A stretch of 64,000 bases of DNA, taken from NCBI GenBank assembly GCA_963693365.1, contig CAVNZM010000003.1:12311651-12375650 (forward strand), written 5' to 3'. The notes under the pieces were generated by a model. That model was not told the origin of the DNA and made no database searches. It was given only the letters and a program-made list of their open reading frames with translations. This DNA is from Amoebidium appalachense. Its lineage: Eukaryota > Protista > Ichthyosporea. Positions within the stretch are counted from its first letter, which is position 1, and each line of letters opens with the position of its first letter. Of the stretch, positions 32,891 to 48,965 are shown piece by piece. The translations under genes and the position numbers were made by a program.

Positions 32891-33013
32891 TGTTGGAAAT
32901 TCAATTCGTCACTACGTATGACAGCAAGAGCCTTGAAGTATGTATGTGCCTTAGCTTTGTTTGTATTCGTGTCTGCTTTCCTTCTTTGTGCTCTCTCCCT
33001 TTTCTCTTTTCTT

Positions 33014-33053
<40 letters not shown>

Positions 33054-33812
33054 CCCCCCCCCCCCCCCCCCCCCCGTATCTCTCTCTCTCCCTTGTTTCT
33101 GTGTGCACAGATATCTGTAGATCTGTGCACACCTGGCTCCCTTGCCTGATAGAACCTATTGTATTTTATTTCTGTTTGCTCTCCTCTGTTTATCTGAGAG
33201 GTAGAATGATTGGCTAGCTACATTCGTTGTCCTTGTTTTATTTCAAAGTGGCTTAGTTTTAGTTCTCAAAAGGATGGCTCGCCAATAGTCGCGAGCGAGT
33301 ACATCTATAGATCGTGTTGTGCATTCCTGCCTATTAATATACGTGTTGTGATTGGACACAATAGAGATGTATGGAATTCGGTTTATTGTAATGTGTCTTC
33401 ACTTTGAGAGTGTCGACTATTAGGAACTTCGGTATTTAAATAAGTTTCTTTATAGAGACGAGTATAAATATATATGTGCGTTAATAGTGACAAGATATAT
33501 AATTACTTAATATATTAAATTAAAAGAGTTTCTAAACTTTAGTTAGGTCGGAAGTTGGAATGCGTATGCTCTGTTGGAATGTGTTTTTTCTATCACCTGA
33601 TAGAACCGATTGGTTCAGCTCCCCCTTAAGTCTAGATAAGATGATAAGTCGCAAGTACAAAAAAGAACCGAGAGCACAATAAAGGATCAGTTGTTGTTTG
33701 AAATCTTTCAACGTGTCGTGAACAACTCCGATTGCCCTCTCTTTATTGAGTTGGTCGTGTTTTACATGACACCTCTGTGCACTCTGCTCCCTTAGACCCG
33801 TACAAAACAACA
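32891..33812 (+). mobile_element. 3' LTR of copia element B
   Basis: PPT GAGTGGGGA immediately followed by TGTTG, ending CAACA. Related to the LTR ending at 24669. Confidence 0.85.
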
Positions 33813-34041
33813 GTGCGTGCGTGTTCTAGTTGTATGCGCGCGCGCGTGTGTGATGACGTGGGTTTGTGTGTGTGTGTGTGACCGGTGTGTGTGTTGTCGA
33901 ATAACTTAGAATGGTGTAAGGTCACGGTGTCTGACCGGGCGGGGCGACAAGTTGGAATCGACGCGGCGCAGCCGCGAGTGTGGTTGTGATTATATGGTGT
34001 TGAGATAAAGGGTCACCTGGGGCCGGGCCGGTCCCCCGCGC

Positions 34042-34073
<32 letters not shown>

Positions 34074-34211
34074 GTGCACGCGCGCAGCCATTGATTACAT
34101 GCACACATGCACACATACACAGGACACACTACGAAAAATTGCACCGTCATGGAAAGTGTTCAACTCCAATTTGTTGAGGGTCGGTGAGGATCTCAGCTGC
34201 AAAGAGAAAGA

Positions 34212-34256
<45 letters not shown>

Positions 34257-34378
34257 GAGAGAGAGAAAGAGAGAATCGGGCGGGTGGTGGTGGTGGTGGG
34301 GGGAGGGGGGGGGGGGGGAGGGAGAGAGAGAGAGCTGGAGGCAAATTTTCGCACGCACATGCACACTCGATCACGAAC

Positions 34379-34460
<82 letters not shown>

Positions 34461-34542
34461 GCACGCACACACGCACAGTGCCCTTCTGCCTTTGCCCCAC
34501 AAGGCATAAGACTGTACATTTAGGCGTAGGAATGGGATCACC

Positions 34543-34694
34543 TAGTCACACTGAGTGCTGTCTCCCTGTGGCCTCTTCTTCCTCTTTTTTCTTTTTTTTT
34601 TTTTTTGTGTGTTGCCGCAGGCGACATACAACTGTAGTAAGGCCGGGCCCGGGCACTTACGTAAGCCAGCGGGTACATATAGCCTTGGAGACTA
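34543..34694. mobile_element. ~150-bp MITE with TAGTC...GACTA termini and a 9-bp TSD
   Basis: TSD GGGATCACC at 34534-34542 and 34695-34703. An inverted homologue lies at 38935-39072. Confidence 0.85.
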
Positions 34695-34956
34695 GGGATC
34701 ACCGTGTGTTGCATTAGGGGAGTACATACGGTGCCATCGCGATCGAGGCTGCCCATCCTGCTGCTCATCATTTAGTGTGATCACCTAACAACTCGCTGCC
34801 TCTACCACTCATCATCGCCGGGTTACAACGCGTCCGCATTCCCAGTAACTTAAACTGCCAAGAGCTTCGTCCAAAGAAGCCGAACGGGTGCGCAACAACT
34901 TTCCATTGAGAAAAAAGGTGACAGCTGTAGAAGAACACAAAGGGGAACTCTGGCCG

Positions 34957-35184
34957 CAGGCTGTGAAATTAGGGTTTAGGGCCAGAAAATTGTCCCTGAA
35001 AGTCCGAAAATTGTCCCTAGCTTTTCAAAGTTAGGTCCATCAATTTCTGAAAAATTGGCCCTAACATGGCCAAATATATAAGAAAAGTGGCACCTGAAAA
35101 CGGTTGCTAGCTCTATTAGGGCCATCCAGGCTGGTGGAAAGCTGCCAAAATGTGGCACTAGCCAAAAACAAATTTCACACCCTG
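34957..35184. mobile_element. 228-bp MITE with TIR CAGG(C/G)TGTGAAATT
   Basis: TIR match 13/14. Flanks actctggccg and actctgggtg agree at 8/10. Same family as 38921-40228. Confidence 0.8.
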
Positions 35185-35404
35185 ACTCTGGGTGACGAGT
35201 GACGACATAATGACGTAACTCAAAAGCTCGCCGATTGGCTACAGCTTTCACCAATCGGTTGACCCGCGCGGCCGGCCATTTGTATTTCAAGTTTTTCTTT
35301 TCTTTTTCTTGAACAGTCCTGAGTCTGCCTCTACGTTTTTCCAAGTACTTCCAGTTTTGGGGGGAAGCTAGAACACGGTGTATTGTTTTCCTTTTCTTTC
35401 CAAC

Positions 35405-37988
<2,584 letters not shown>

Positions 37989-38123
37989 ACATGTTGCGGG
38001 TGAGAAGGGATAGCTTAGTTGTGAGGGAGTTTTAATATGGGTGGAGTTTTACGTTTAAAAGTTCGGTTTATTCATTGGCAGTCATAGTTTCCCCCCCCCC
38101 CCCTCTCTCTCTCCCCAAACACA

Positions 38124-38168
<45 letters not shown>

Positions 38169-38663
38169 CACCTTATTTTTATTTTTTATTTTTGGTTTTG
38201 TTTCAGTGTCTGGGTTATCCTAAAGGATAACGTGATCGTTCCAAATCATAATAATTTGCGGCATGGAGTTTTAGTCACAGCGAGGGGGGCTTTCCAGTAT
38301 TTCAGTTTTCCAGCACACATGTAAAGGGAACAGTTTACGTTTTTTTACTCCCCCTCCTTTTATTGGGGCTTTTCTTCGTTTTCTGTTGAAATACACTGAG
38401 CAACAGGGCACCAGTATATTTTTCAGTCGTTTCTGCCAATTGATGCTTTCATGTATCGCGTGTGCCCAATGGATGGTGTTTAATTTCCCCTAACTTGGCG
38501 GTTGGGCTAAGACGCAAAGTTTAAAGCAATGTAAAGCACCGACGTGAGCGAAACCTCGAGCTCCATTCCCAAACCTGGCAACGCCATGCAAACTGGAGTG
38601 GGGTCCCTCTGACAGCCCCCCCGGCCCCTCCCCCCCCCCCCCCCCCCCCATCCCCCATATTAT

Positions 38664-38703
<40 letters not shown>

Positions 38704-38920
38704 ACACCCACAACCAAAAGCATGCACGCACACGACAGGGTCTCTGATTTGGATGCCTTGCCTCTTCCTCCCTTCCCCCCCCCCCCGGCGCCCCGCGCCC
38801 CGGCAACGGGGGCCCGTGGGTGATGCATATGGGCACATTTCAAGTTTCTTCAATGCCGTAACAATTTTTTTTTTCCATATCCACTAGCGCCCCTGCCCTC
38901 GCCGACGAGATATCGATTAT

Positions 38921-40228
38921 CAGACTGTGAAAGCTAGTCTCCAAGGCCATGTACCCACTGGCTTAAGTTTACATAAGTGGCCGGGCACTTCTACGCCGCG
39001 GGAACATTAAAAAAAAAAAAAAAAAAAAAAAGAGGCCTAGGCCGCAGGGAAGACAGCACTCAGAGTGACTTAAGAAAGCAGGGGTTTAGGTCACTGAAAG
39101 TCAGAAAATTGTCCTCTAATTTTCGAGGTTAGGTCCATCATTGTTTGAAAAAGTTTTCTTTTGACTCGGGTTTATTGATCCGTTGATGAAGGCAACGTGC
39201 AGCCACAGGCTACATAACCACCAATAGAACTGAAAAAGCCAAAGCTACGAAATAAAAATAAAGCGACAAGTGACAAAGGACACCAGTGGGCAAAACCTTA
39301 TAATTAATTAAGTGTACGTGTGTGCGTGAAACTAGTTTGCTCCAACTAGTCATATGCATCGATGTTGACCAGACCACACTCCGCAAGAAGACATCATATG
39401 ACTGCTCCTTCCCAACAGGCCCCCCTCAAAACCTACCGAGGCACAGCAAGCAAGTCAGCCTCTAAAAGAGCAATGCAGACCAAATCTGAGCTAAAAAACA
39501 ATCCTTGCAACGGGCCCGGCCCCTAGATAACCCGGAGAAACTGCATCTAGCGCTCTCTGATCAGGTGGCCTAGTTGTGGCAGGACACACGGAAAAACACA
39601 ATTACAGAATGCATGCAAGCAAACCCGAAAGTCATTGCCATACGACTGGAGGCTAAGGACTGGCAGTCACTTGGAAAGCTCCCCGACGACCAAGTCGCCG
39701 CCCCTCCACTCACGCAGCGCAGAAGTAGCTGAAGAATTCGAAGTTGCAGCAGCCCACCGCCAATAGGTCGCGTAGAAGCGTAGACAGCGTGTAGAAGTTA
39801 CCATAGGTTGCAGTGGACCACCAGGCGTTGAAGAAACCACTTCTCAAGCGAGAAACTCCGCGAAAGGGAGATGCCCCCACACTCTCACAGCAGTAGGAAT
39901 ACACCAGGCCACACCACACACACGCAGCAGTCACGTTCCCCTGAGTGGGACTCCCTCCCACCACAAAAAGAAGAAACGAAAGCCTTTATATACCTGCAAT
40001 GGTGAAGAATCGGGAAAAAAAGTTGACGTGACAGCTAAGAGATCGAAGTGAAAGTGAAGTTATCCCTAACAGAGCCAAATATATTGGGGGGGGGGGGGAC
40101 AAACAAAAAAAAAAGGTCACTGAAATGGCACTTATTAGCCAAAAACAAATTTCACACCCTGATCGATGAAAACTGAGTCACTGATCATGAAATGGCACTA
40201 ATTAGCCAAAAACAAATTTCACACCCTG
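38921..40228. mobile_element. MITE of the 34957 family carrying two nested insertions and a duplicated right end
   Basis: CAGACTGTGAAA...ATTTCACACCCTG with perfect 9-bp TSD ATCGATTAT (38912-38920 and 40229-40237). The right terminus also occurs near 40125-40160. Confidence 0.82.
38935..39072. mobile_element. Second copy of the TAGTC MITE, nested in 38921-40228
   Basis: Reverse complement of 34543-34694. Flanked by GAAAGC on both sides. Confidence 0.8.
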
Positions 40229-40597
40229 ATCGATTATCATCGATTGCATCATCGTGATTCAACCGACAGCCTTATCAGTGAAGTGTTCTCGTGGAATGTG
40301 CAAAGCTGCTCACCGATTGGCTTAAAGTCACGAATGCTGCGACTTCTAAATAGCACGGAGACTCTGCCACTGCCACACAGGCTCTTCGTTCGCATGTGAC
40401 TCACGGCCCTCTGAAAAAAAGACTGGGCCGTGATGTGACTGTTATGAAGTTTTTTTTTTATTTTGGGAGTGTGAGAACCTGTGAAACGTTATACATAGTT
40501 ATGCACACATACGCGCGTTACAGTTTTGTGCGCCCAAAATAGGTTAGGTTCTTGCTTGTTCGCATGCACACCTGGAACATCGCATCCCAAACGGAAG

Positions 40598-40964
40598 ATG
40601 CCAAGCACACCTCGGAGTCCTTCACGGGACACCTTATCACTGAGCTCTTCAAACCCAAACTGGGATGCAACCTATTCTTTTGGGGTAAGTTAAATCCTCT
40701 CTCTCTCTCCCTCTTTCTCCATCCCCCCTCCCCTCTTCGCCCTCCCCCCTCCCCTCCCCCTCCCCCTTATCTCTTCGGGCCCCTCCAGATTCAAACACAA
40801 AACACGTGAATGCTCGCACACGCGCACGCACGCGCGCACCCACGCGCGCACGCACGCACGAACCCACACACCGTGACACACGCACACGCGCGCACACACA
40901 CACAGACACGCACAAGCACACACACACACACACAAACACAAACACACGAACACGCACACACACA

Positions 40965-41016
<52 letters not shown>

Positions 41017-42347
41017 GACACACACACACACACAACCGTCTCCTTTCAACAGTATGCACTTTTGTCCAAAGGCCTTTGCACCATCCTTCTGTGTGTTTGC
41101 GTGTACAGTTCTATTCATGCATTGCGTGTACATCTTCTCATGCATTGACGTGGATGGGCAAGAGAGCAGGTTATTAGTGTGCTCTTTTACAACAACACAC
41201 ACATTAGAGCACGTGCACGTGCACATACGCTGTTATCCCACAGGCACCCGTTCAAAGATCCATACACATGTACACACACGGACACTGTATTACGCGTGGC
41301 TCGCACGCACACCTTAGTACAGTGTACACATTCGAGCACACACAAATCAACACAAAACATGCGCACGCACGTGCACGCTCAGGCCTATGAACGTTCGCGT
41401 TCACTGTTCCATGTGCGCACTCACACGCCCATCTACGCACAAACCGACGAACACTCACACACCACTTTTGCGCGCAAGGGACATCCTGCCATCTCAATGC
41501 ACACGTGTTACCGTTCACATGCACGGCGCTATTTGTAGATCCTAGCTTAGAAGAAAGACACATGTTACCACAATTGTGGGACAGCTCTAGGGTAGTGACC
41601 AGTCACCCAGACGTTTTCCGATATTTTTTTTTGCCCCGCGCCCCTCCCCTCCCCCCCCCCCCCCCCCCCCCCCCTCCTTTTTTTTTTTTGTTTGTGAAGT
41701 TTTCACACTTTGGTCTATGTCTTATAGCTCTTAAATTTTAACTTTATATCTTATTTTCCGTACCTCTTCTCGTACCAAGCACATTCTCACCACTTCCACC
41801 ACCTCAGCCACCAAGCGCATCCCCATTACCATTCAACTCTTCCAATCACTATATGATTTTGAAATTTTAGTCTTATTTTTCCCACCATCCCTTCCACCAA
41901 GCACATGCTAACATCATGGTTCCATCCACCCATTTTCCCATGCAGGATGGCACATTGAGCACAAACCCAATCAGCGACCTCCGGCCACCATCCAATCGCC
42001 TTTTCCGCCTCACATTTCTAAATCCGAAATGGACCGCCCCCGCCATTTACGCTTTCCTTGAGCATCCCCAAACATCGTTCCACGCGTGTGGGGGATATTT
42101 ATGCTTTTCTGGGTGCTTGTTGCGACCCTGATGGTGATTCTTGACTCGGTCGAGGAGATAGTGTATGTCATGGGAACTTTTTTTAGCGTCTTGGAATACG
42201 TGATTTTGGCTATATTTACCGTAGACTACGTAGGGAGACTGCTAACGTGCCCTTATGTGAAACGGTAAGTAAAATCCCCCCCCCCCTTCACCCACCCACC
42301 TACTCACCCACCTACTCACTCACCCACACAACAACAACCCCCCCCCC

Positions 42348-42378
<31 letters not shown>

Positions 42379-44180
42379 ACCCTTTACCTTCCACCGGTTT
42401 AAAATCCACCTGCCCGCCAGTAGGGTCCGGCCATATTCTGTGCGGTAGTTTGTTGCATGTGTATTTTTCCCCCTCCAATATTTTTATCCATATCTTCATC
42501 CTCTTTCTCTTTTTCATCCTATGGTACCCCCCCCCCCCCCCCCCCCTCCCCCCCTAACCCACCACCACCACCACCACCACTAACACTATTTTGATTAACT
42601 CTATAGCTTCGGTTTTTTTTGTTTTTTTGTTTTTTTTTTTTTTTGCCCCCTGGGAGGGGAAGGGGGGAGGAGGGGGAAAGGGGGAAGGGGGGGGGGGATG
42701 GCTGTATGATGCCACTGCTGCTCTAGACAAGCCTTTGCACATTAACGACTAAGGGTTCAAACAGACTACGTACCCCGTCAGATTAGCAAAATTTAGCCGC
42801 CCCCAGCTAAGATTGCTATGGTATATAACGTCACACCATTTTGCTACCATATTTAGTAAGAAATCGGTGAACGTCACATATCATAGCAATTTTAGCCGGC
42901 GGCGGCTAAATTTTGCTAGTCTTACAGGGTACGTAGTCTGATGTGAACCCTTGCACCTTAAATTAGACACACACACACATGTACACACGCACGCATACAC
43001 ACACGCGCATAGGCTCACACACACACGTATCCACATGTTGAACCTCGCGCAGAGGGTTACCCCGCTCTTCTCGCTGCCTGTTGCCTGTAGCGTCTGCTAC
43101 CACGGGTACACCTGCTTCTTTCTACTCAAGCCTGGTGACCCACACCTCTGGTTATACAGATACCGTCCACCATTAAGAATACCCGCTAATAAGAATACGC
43201 TAGCGGCCGAGTCCGTTTTCCAGATTTGGGGATATTCTTAATGGCGGGATGACCTATAAACTTGGCTGGATCATGCGTACTCACCCCCCCCCCCCCCCCC
43301 CCCCCGGGGGTCCCGTGCCATTTAAGAATATGATAGCGGTCATGCAAAATCTTAAAGAATATGCACCGCGACCATGTTTTGGGGGGGGTTCTTAATGGCG
43401 GACTGCATCTGTAGATTATATCGTGATTCCTTGATGGCACATGGTGTCTTCATATGTTGTTGTGCTGCGTAAAAATGGGCGCCCTGATTATGGAACAAAC
43501 CAATAAGTGCTCTCCATTTTATCGCCCCGACTCGGCCGTGATGGCCTCGAGTCAATCAGTGACGTCTGTCCTTTACGTTTAAGTTGACGCCGTTTTGACG
43601 GTAATATGCGTCACGCAGGCCTAAAGGCCAACATAGACCCAAAAGGGGGTTTCTTTGATTAATCCGAGTCGGGTCATTCTCTAAATTGATCTACGCTATG
43701 TGACTAGTGAAATGCTCATCAAGCAGTCATTTGGCCTGACCAGAGTTCACTCTAATTACTTGTGTGCTTTTTTTGCGCTGTTGTCGTGGGTTACTTCATA
43801 CTGAAATAATAGTCTTGGCCCATCTCTTTCTTCCCCCCCCCTCCCCCCCCTCCCTCCCCGCGGTCACTTCTCTTCCTCTTCAATCTTCTCTTTGTACCTT
43901 TATCGACCCGATCAGGAACCCCTTTTAAGCGAAGCATTGTCTGAGTTGGGTGTTGAATAGGCGGTGAACGTGTTGAGATTCGGTTTGTAGATGGCTTGGG
44001 AACCCCCTGAGGGGGGGCTCTAATGACCATGCATACTATACTCGTGCACGCTTCTCTCAGACCCCAAAAATATGCATCATTTTGTCCGAAGTGAATTTGT
44101 ACATCGTGCTCGTCAAACCCCCCCCCCCTCCTCCTCCCCCCCCCTCCCCCCCCCCCCCCTCCCCCCTCCCCCCCCCCTCC

Positions 44181-44211
<31 letters not shown>

Positions 44212-44338
44212 AAAAAAAAAAAAAAAAGGCAAAGTTGGGCTTTGCTCAGTGACGTGCAAAGTGTACATTTTTGCAACCGGACATTTACACATAAGCAGAT
44301 TTAGAAATTTGTACTCCATACGGTATACTGCATTCTAA

Positions 44339-44380
<42 letters not shown>

Positions 44381-44697
44381 CTTTTTCAATTGCAGGTTTG
44401 TACTTCACCCATTGAACATAATCGATCTCCTAGCCATCCTGCCGTCCTACATCAATCTATTTATAGAAGCTGTAATGTCTTCAGACAAGAGCGCGGCAAA
44501 TCTCTCTGCACTGAGAGCACTGAGGCTAATGAGAATATTCCGTATTTTCAAACTCGGAAAACGGTATTCCCCCCCCCCCCCCCCCCCCCCCCCTCCTGCG
44601 TCTTGTTGTCACCCTTACTACACACGCATGTACGGTGGGTGCTGTATCTTTTTCATTTTTGAGCCATGCCACAGTCGTGATTGACCATTTCCACCAG

Positions 44698-44768
<71 letters not shown>

Positions 44769-44781
44769 CGTGTGCGTGCGT

Positions 44782-44822
<41 letters not shown>

Positions 44823-45095
44823 CGTGCACTCAATTGCCACACACACACACTCACACACAGACACACACACACACACACACACACACAAAGAAAAATAGAA
44901 CCTCCTCTCCCTCCCTTCCAACCTGCCTCTCGTGCCTCCTTCCCTGCTTCCTCCGCCCACCCTCTTGACCTTTGCTGCACACACATTGCCCAAGCACTCA
45001 CACACAACCCTCTCCCCCCCTCCCCTCCCTCTTTCCCAACCCAGCACACACACACACACAAACACACAAACACTAACCTCCCCTCCCCCCTCCCC

Positions 45096-45126
<31 letters not shown>

Positions 45127-45319
45127 ATACACACACGCGCGCGCACGCACGCACACGCACACGCGCATACACTCTCTCTCTCACGATTTCTCTCCCCCAT
45201 CACACCCCCTTCCCCACCACCACCACCACCCACACACACACAATTCCCTTCCCCCTCCCCCCCCCTCCCCTCACAAAAAAAAAACCCCTCCCCTTCCCCC
45301 CACCCCACCACCACCACCA

Positions 45320-45359
<40 letters not shown>

Positions 45360-46054
45360 CTCTCTTATGTGCCAGCTCCTATACCGGGCGCTCTACCGTG
45401 GGAGGGACGGAGTGTACTTTCTCGTTTTTGTGTTTTTCGGTCTCTCTCTTTTCTTTTCCACGTGCATGTATTATGTGGAGACTTCAACATGTACGCTGGT
45501 GGATGGTAGTTGGGTGTATGATTCGGGGTCTTTGAACGGCCAGCAAGCGTTTTTTCAGGTGTGTATGGGCACACATGCATTTACACACATGCACACACAT
45601 GTGCACAGTCACGCGTGCGCCCACATACACACACACACACGCACGCGCAAAGCTACACAGACACAACGTTACACAGACAAACACGTGCCTAAACACAAGC
45701 GCTGACGCGTGCACAGATACACACAAGGGAGAACATGCAAGCGGACAATCACACAGATGCACGTGCCCCCACTCATGCAAGCACACAGGCGCGCACACAT
45801 ACATGCACATACATGCGCTCGGTCACACACAGAGAGACATGTGGAGGAACACAGACGCATGAACAACACACCAAAAACAAACCTGGAACCAAATAGATAC
45901 TTTAATAGACACGCTTGCGCGCACACACACATGCTCGCACACACCTTTGCAGGCACTTTTGCACATGCATCCCAAATTATTCTTATGTCTCTCTTATAGT
46001 GGGGAAGGAAGGGGGGGGGGGGGGGGGGGGGGGGGGGGGAGGGGGGGGGGGAAA

Positions 46055-46089
<35 letters not shown>

Positions 46090-46206
46090 TAAATCATTTG
46101 TGTCTGGGTTGTGTGTGTTGGTTGAAAATTTCGCTCTTTGTTCCGGTTGCCGTTTCTAACTCGCTTTCCCTTCCTCCCTCCTTTCCCCCCATAACCACCA
46201 CTACCA

Positions 46207-46268
<62 letters not shown>

Positions 46269-46300
46269 CTCCCTTCCCACATCCCCATCCCCACATCTCC

Positions 46301-46331
<31 letters not shown>

Positions 46332-48168
46332 AAAAAAAAAAAAAAAACAGGATATTCCTCTTGGTGTGTGGTGGGCAGTAGTGACTCTTTCTACGGTGGG
46401 ATACGGGGACAGCTATCCGACAAGCCCGGGGGGAAAGGTGGTGGCAGCAATTGCAATGGTTGCTGGCATGGTCATCATTGCATTTCCGGTAATTTTGAGT
46501 TTAAAATCCCTTGAGCGAGTCTGGTGGTTTTAATATTTCCGGTAAATTTGAGTTCGAAATACTTGTGGGGTTTGTAAGTGTGGGGTTTGTAACTTTTGCT
46601 TTTGCGGTAAATTTTGAGTTCAAAAGCCGGTAAGCAGGGCTCCTTCGCTTTTCCGGTGCTGTGTGGGAGAAGGCACGGACACTTCCATGTGCCGGCATAC
46701 ACACATGCACCTCTCCCCCTCCCCTCCCCCCTCCCCCTCCCCTCCCCCCTTCCCCCCCTCCCCCCCAGCCCTCCTTCCTCCTGATCGCCATTGCCACCCA
46801 CCCACCTTCTCTTCCTCCTCCTGTGTGCCCTGCCCCCCTCCCTCCCCCCCCCCCCCCCCCCCCTCCCCCTTTCACCCCCTCCTTCTCTTTTCGTCGAAAA
46901 GAAAAGTTTCTTTCTCTTCCAACTGTTCTCTTGCTTTCTTTGCTCTTTTTTTCTTGTTTTCCTTCCTGCTCGTCTTACTCCTTTCTTGCTTTCATTTTTT
47001 GTTTTGTTTTTTTCCTTGCGGCTTTCATCTTTTTGTTTATTCATTATTAATACGTTTTTACGTGTATTCAATTATCTTATCAATTTGTTGATTCATCTAT
47101 CCATTTGTTTATTTGCTCCCCCATCTATATATTAACTCGTTTATCTTCATGCACACAGATCAACATTCTAGGCCAAATTTTTCAACAAGCTTGCAGCCGA
47201 CGAATCGCTTGTGGCTTTTATCTTTTGTTTATTCATTTATTGATACATTATTACGTGTATTCATTTACCTATCAATTTGTTGATTCATCTATCCATTTGT
47301 TTATTTGCTCCCCCATCTATATATTAACTCGTTTATCTTCATGCACACAGATCAACATTCTAGGCCAAACCTTTCAACAAGCTTGCAGCCGACGAATCGC
47401 TTGTGGCTTTTATCTTTTGTTTATTCATTTATTAATACATTATTACGTGTATTCATTTACCTATCAATTTGTTGATTCATCTATCCAGTTGTTTATTTGC
47501 TCCCCAGTATATATATTTACTCATTTATCTTCATGCACACAGATCAACATTCTAGGCCAAACCTTTCAGCAAGCAGCCGACGAATACAAGGCCCGGGAGA
47601 TAGAGAACAACATCCGTAACAGCCTGCTACGGCCGACCAATCAAAGCGGAGGAACCGCTGCCATAAAAGGCAAAAGCGCCTACAGCTCATTGGTTAGCTC
47701 CACGGCGCTTGGCCAGGTGGCTGAGTTTGACTCTGCTTTGGTGCGTTATACTCCCTCCCCCCCCTCCCCCCCGCAAAAAATAAATAAAATAAAAATAAAA
47801 ATAAATAAATAAAAGAATAAAATATAATAAAATAAAAAACAATGAGAATAACACAATATCTCGACATGCGGAAACTAAGACACCATAGGTGACTTGCACC
47901 ACCACCCCCTCCCCCCCCTCTCCTCCCGCCCCCCTCCCCCTCCTCTCCCCTTCAGCTCCCCAAAACGGGCTGGTCTGACTAAGTTACATTTAAACCCCCA
48001 CACCAGCACACACTCACATTACACGCATCATACCCATCCAATGACCCAATCGAAGAACAGCTCTCTGTCCCACACACAGACACAACACCGCGGCACATAC
48101 ACACACGTGCAACCACTTACACGCACACACATGCACACACACGCGCGCACACACACACACACAGACAC

Positions 48169-48253
<85 letters not shown>

Positions 48254-48272
48254 ACGCACACTCATTCACACT

Positions 48273-48368
<96 letters not shown>

Positions 48369-48450
48369 CACACTCACACACACACGCACACGCACACGCA
48401 CACTCACACTCACACACTCACACTCACACATACACACGCGCGCGCGCGCG

Positions 48451-48548
<98 letters not shown>

Positions 48549-48885
48549 GCGTATCACACCCTTCTCTTCCGGACCTTGCCCTCCTTCGTTTGCTCAGCAT
48601 TTTGCTCGTGTTCCTACCGGTCGTTGCTAGACTCATGTTTTGTTGTGCTAACACTCGGCTTTCAATTCCTCGCCTTCACACGAAAAGTGACATGGAAAAT
48701 ACACATTCTTTTGCACAACCAAACACGTGCACGGAAACACACACACACCCCATATGCACCCACACGCTTACAGAAGCACACCGTGTGACACAAAGAAAAA
48801 ACAACACGTACGACATGCACACGGGCGCACACACACAAACACGCTTACGCACGTATATACACACACGTACACACACACACACACA

Positions 48886-48965
<80 letters not shown>

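Noticed and set aside
23940-33812. One intact copia element bounded by the two related LTRs
   Set aside because: The LTRs share only short motifs, the RT region is present twice from different subfamilies, and no TSD was found.
39180-39215. Penelope-type hammerhead (tTGATGAAGGC...GCC)
   Set aside because: It lacks the initial C and the GAAA core; at best a relic.
43524-43674. Inverted repeat CCCGACTCGG / CCGAGTCGGG as a MITE
   Set aside because: Only 10 bp, with no TSD and no second copy in the window.
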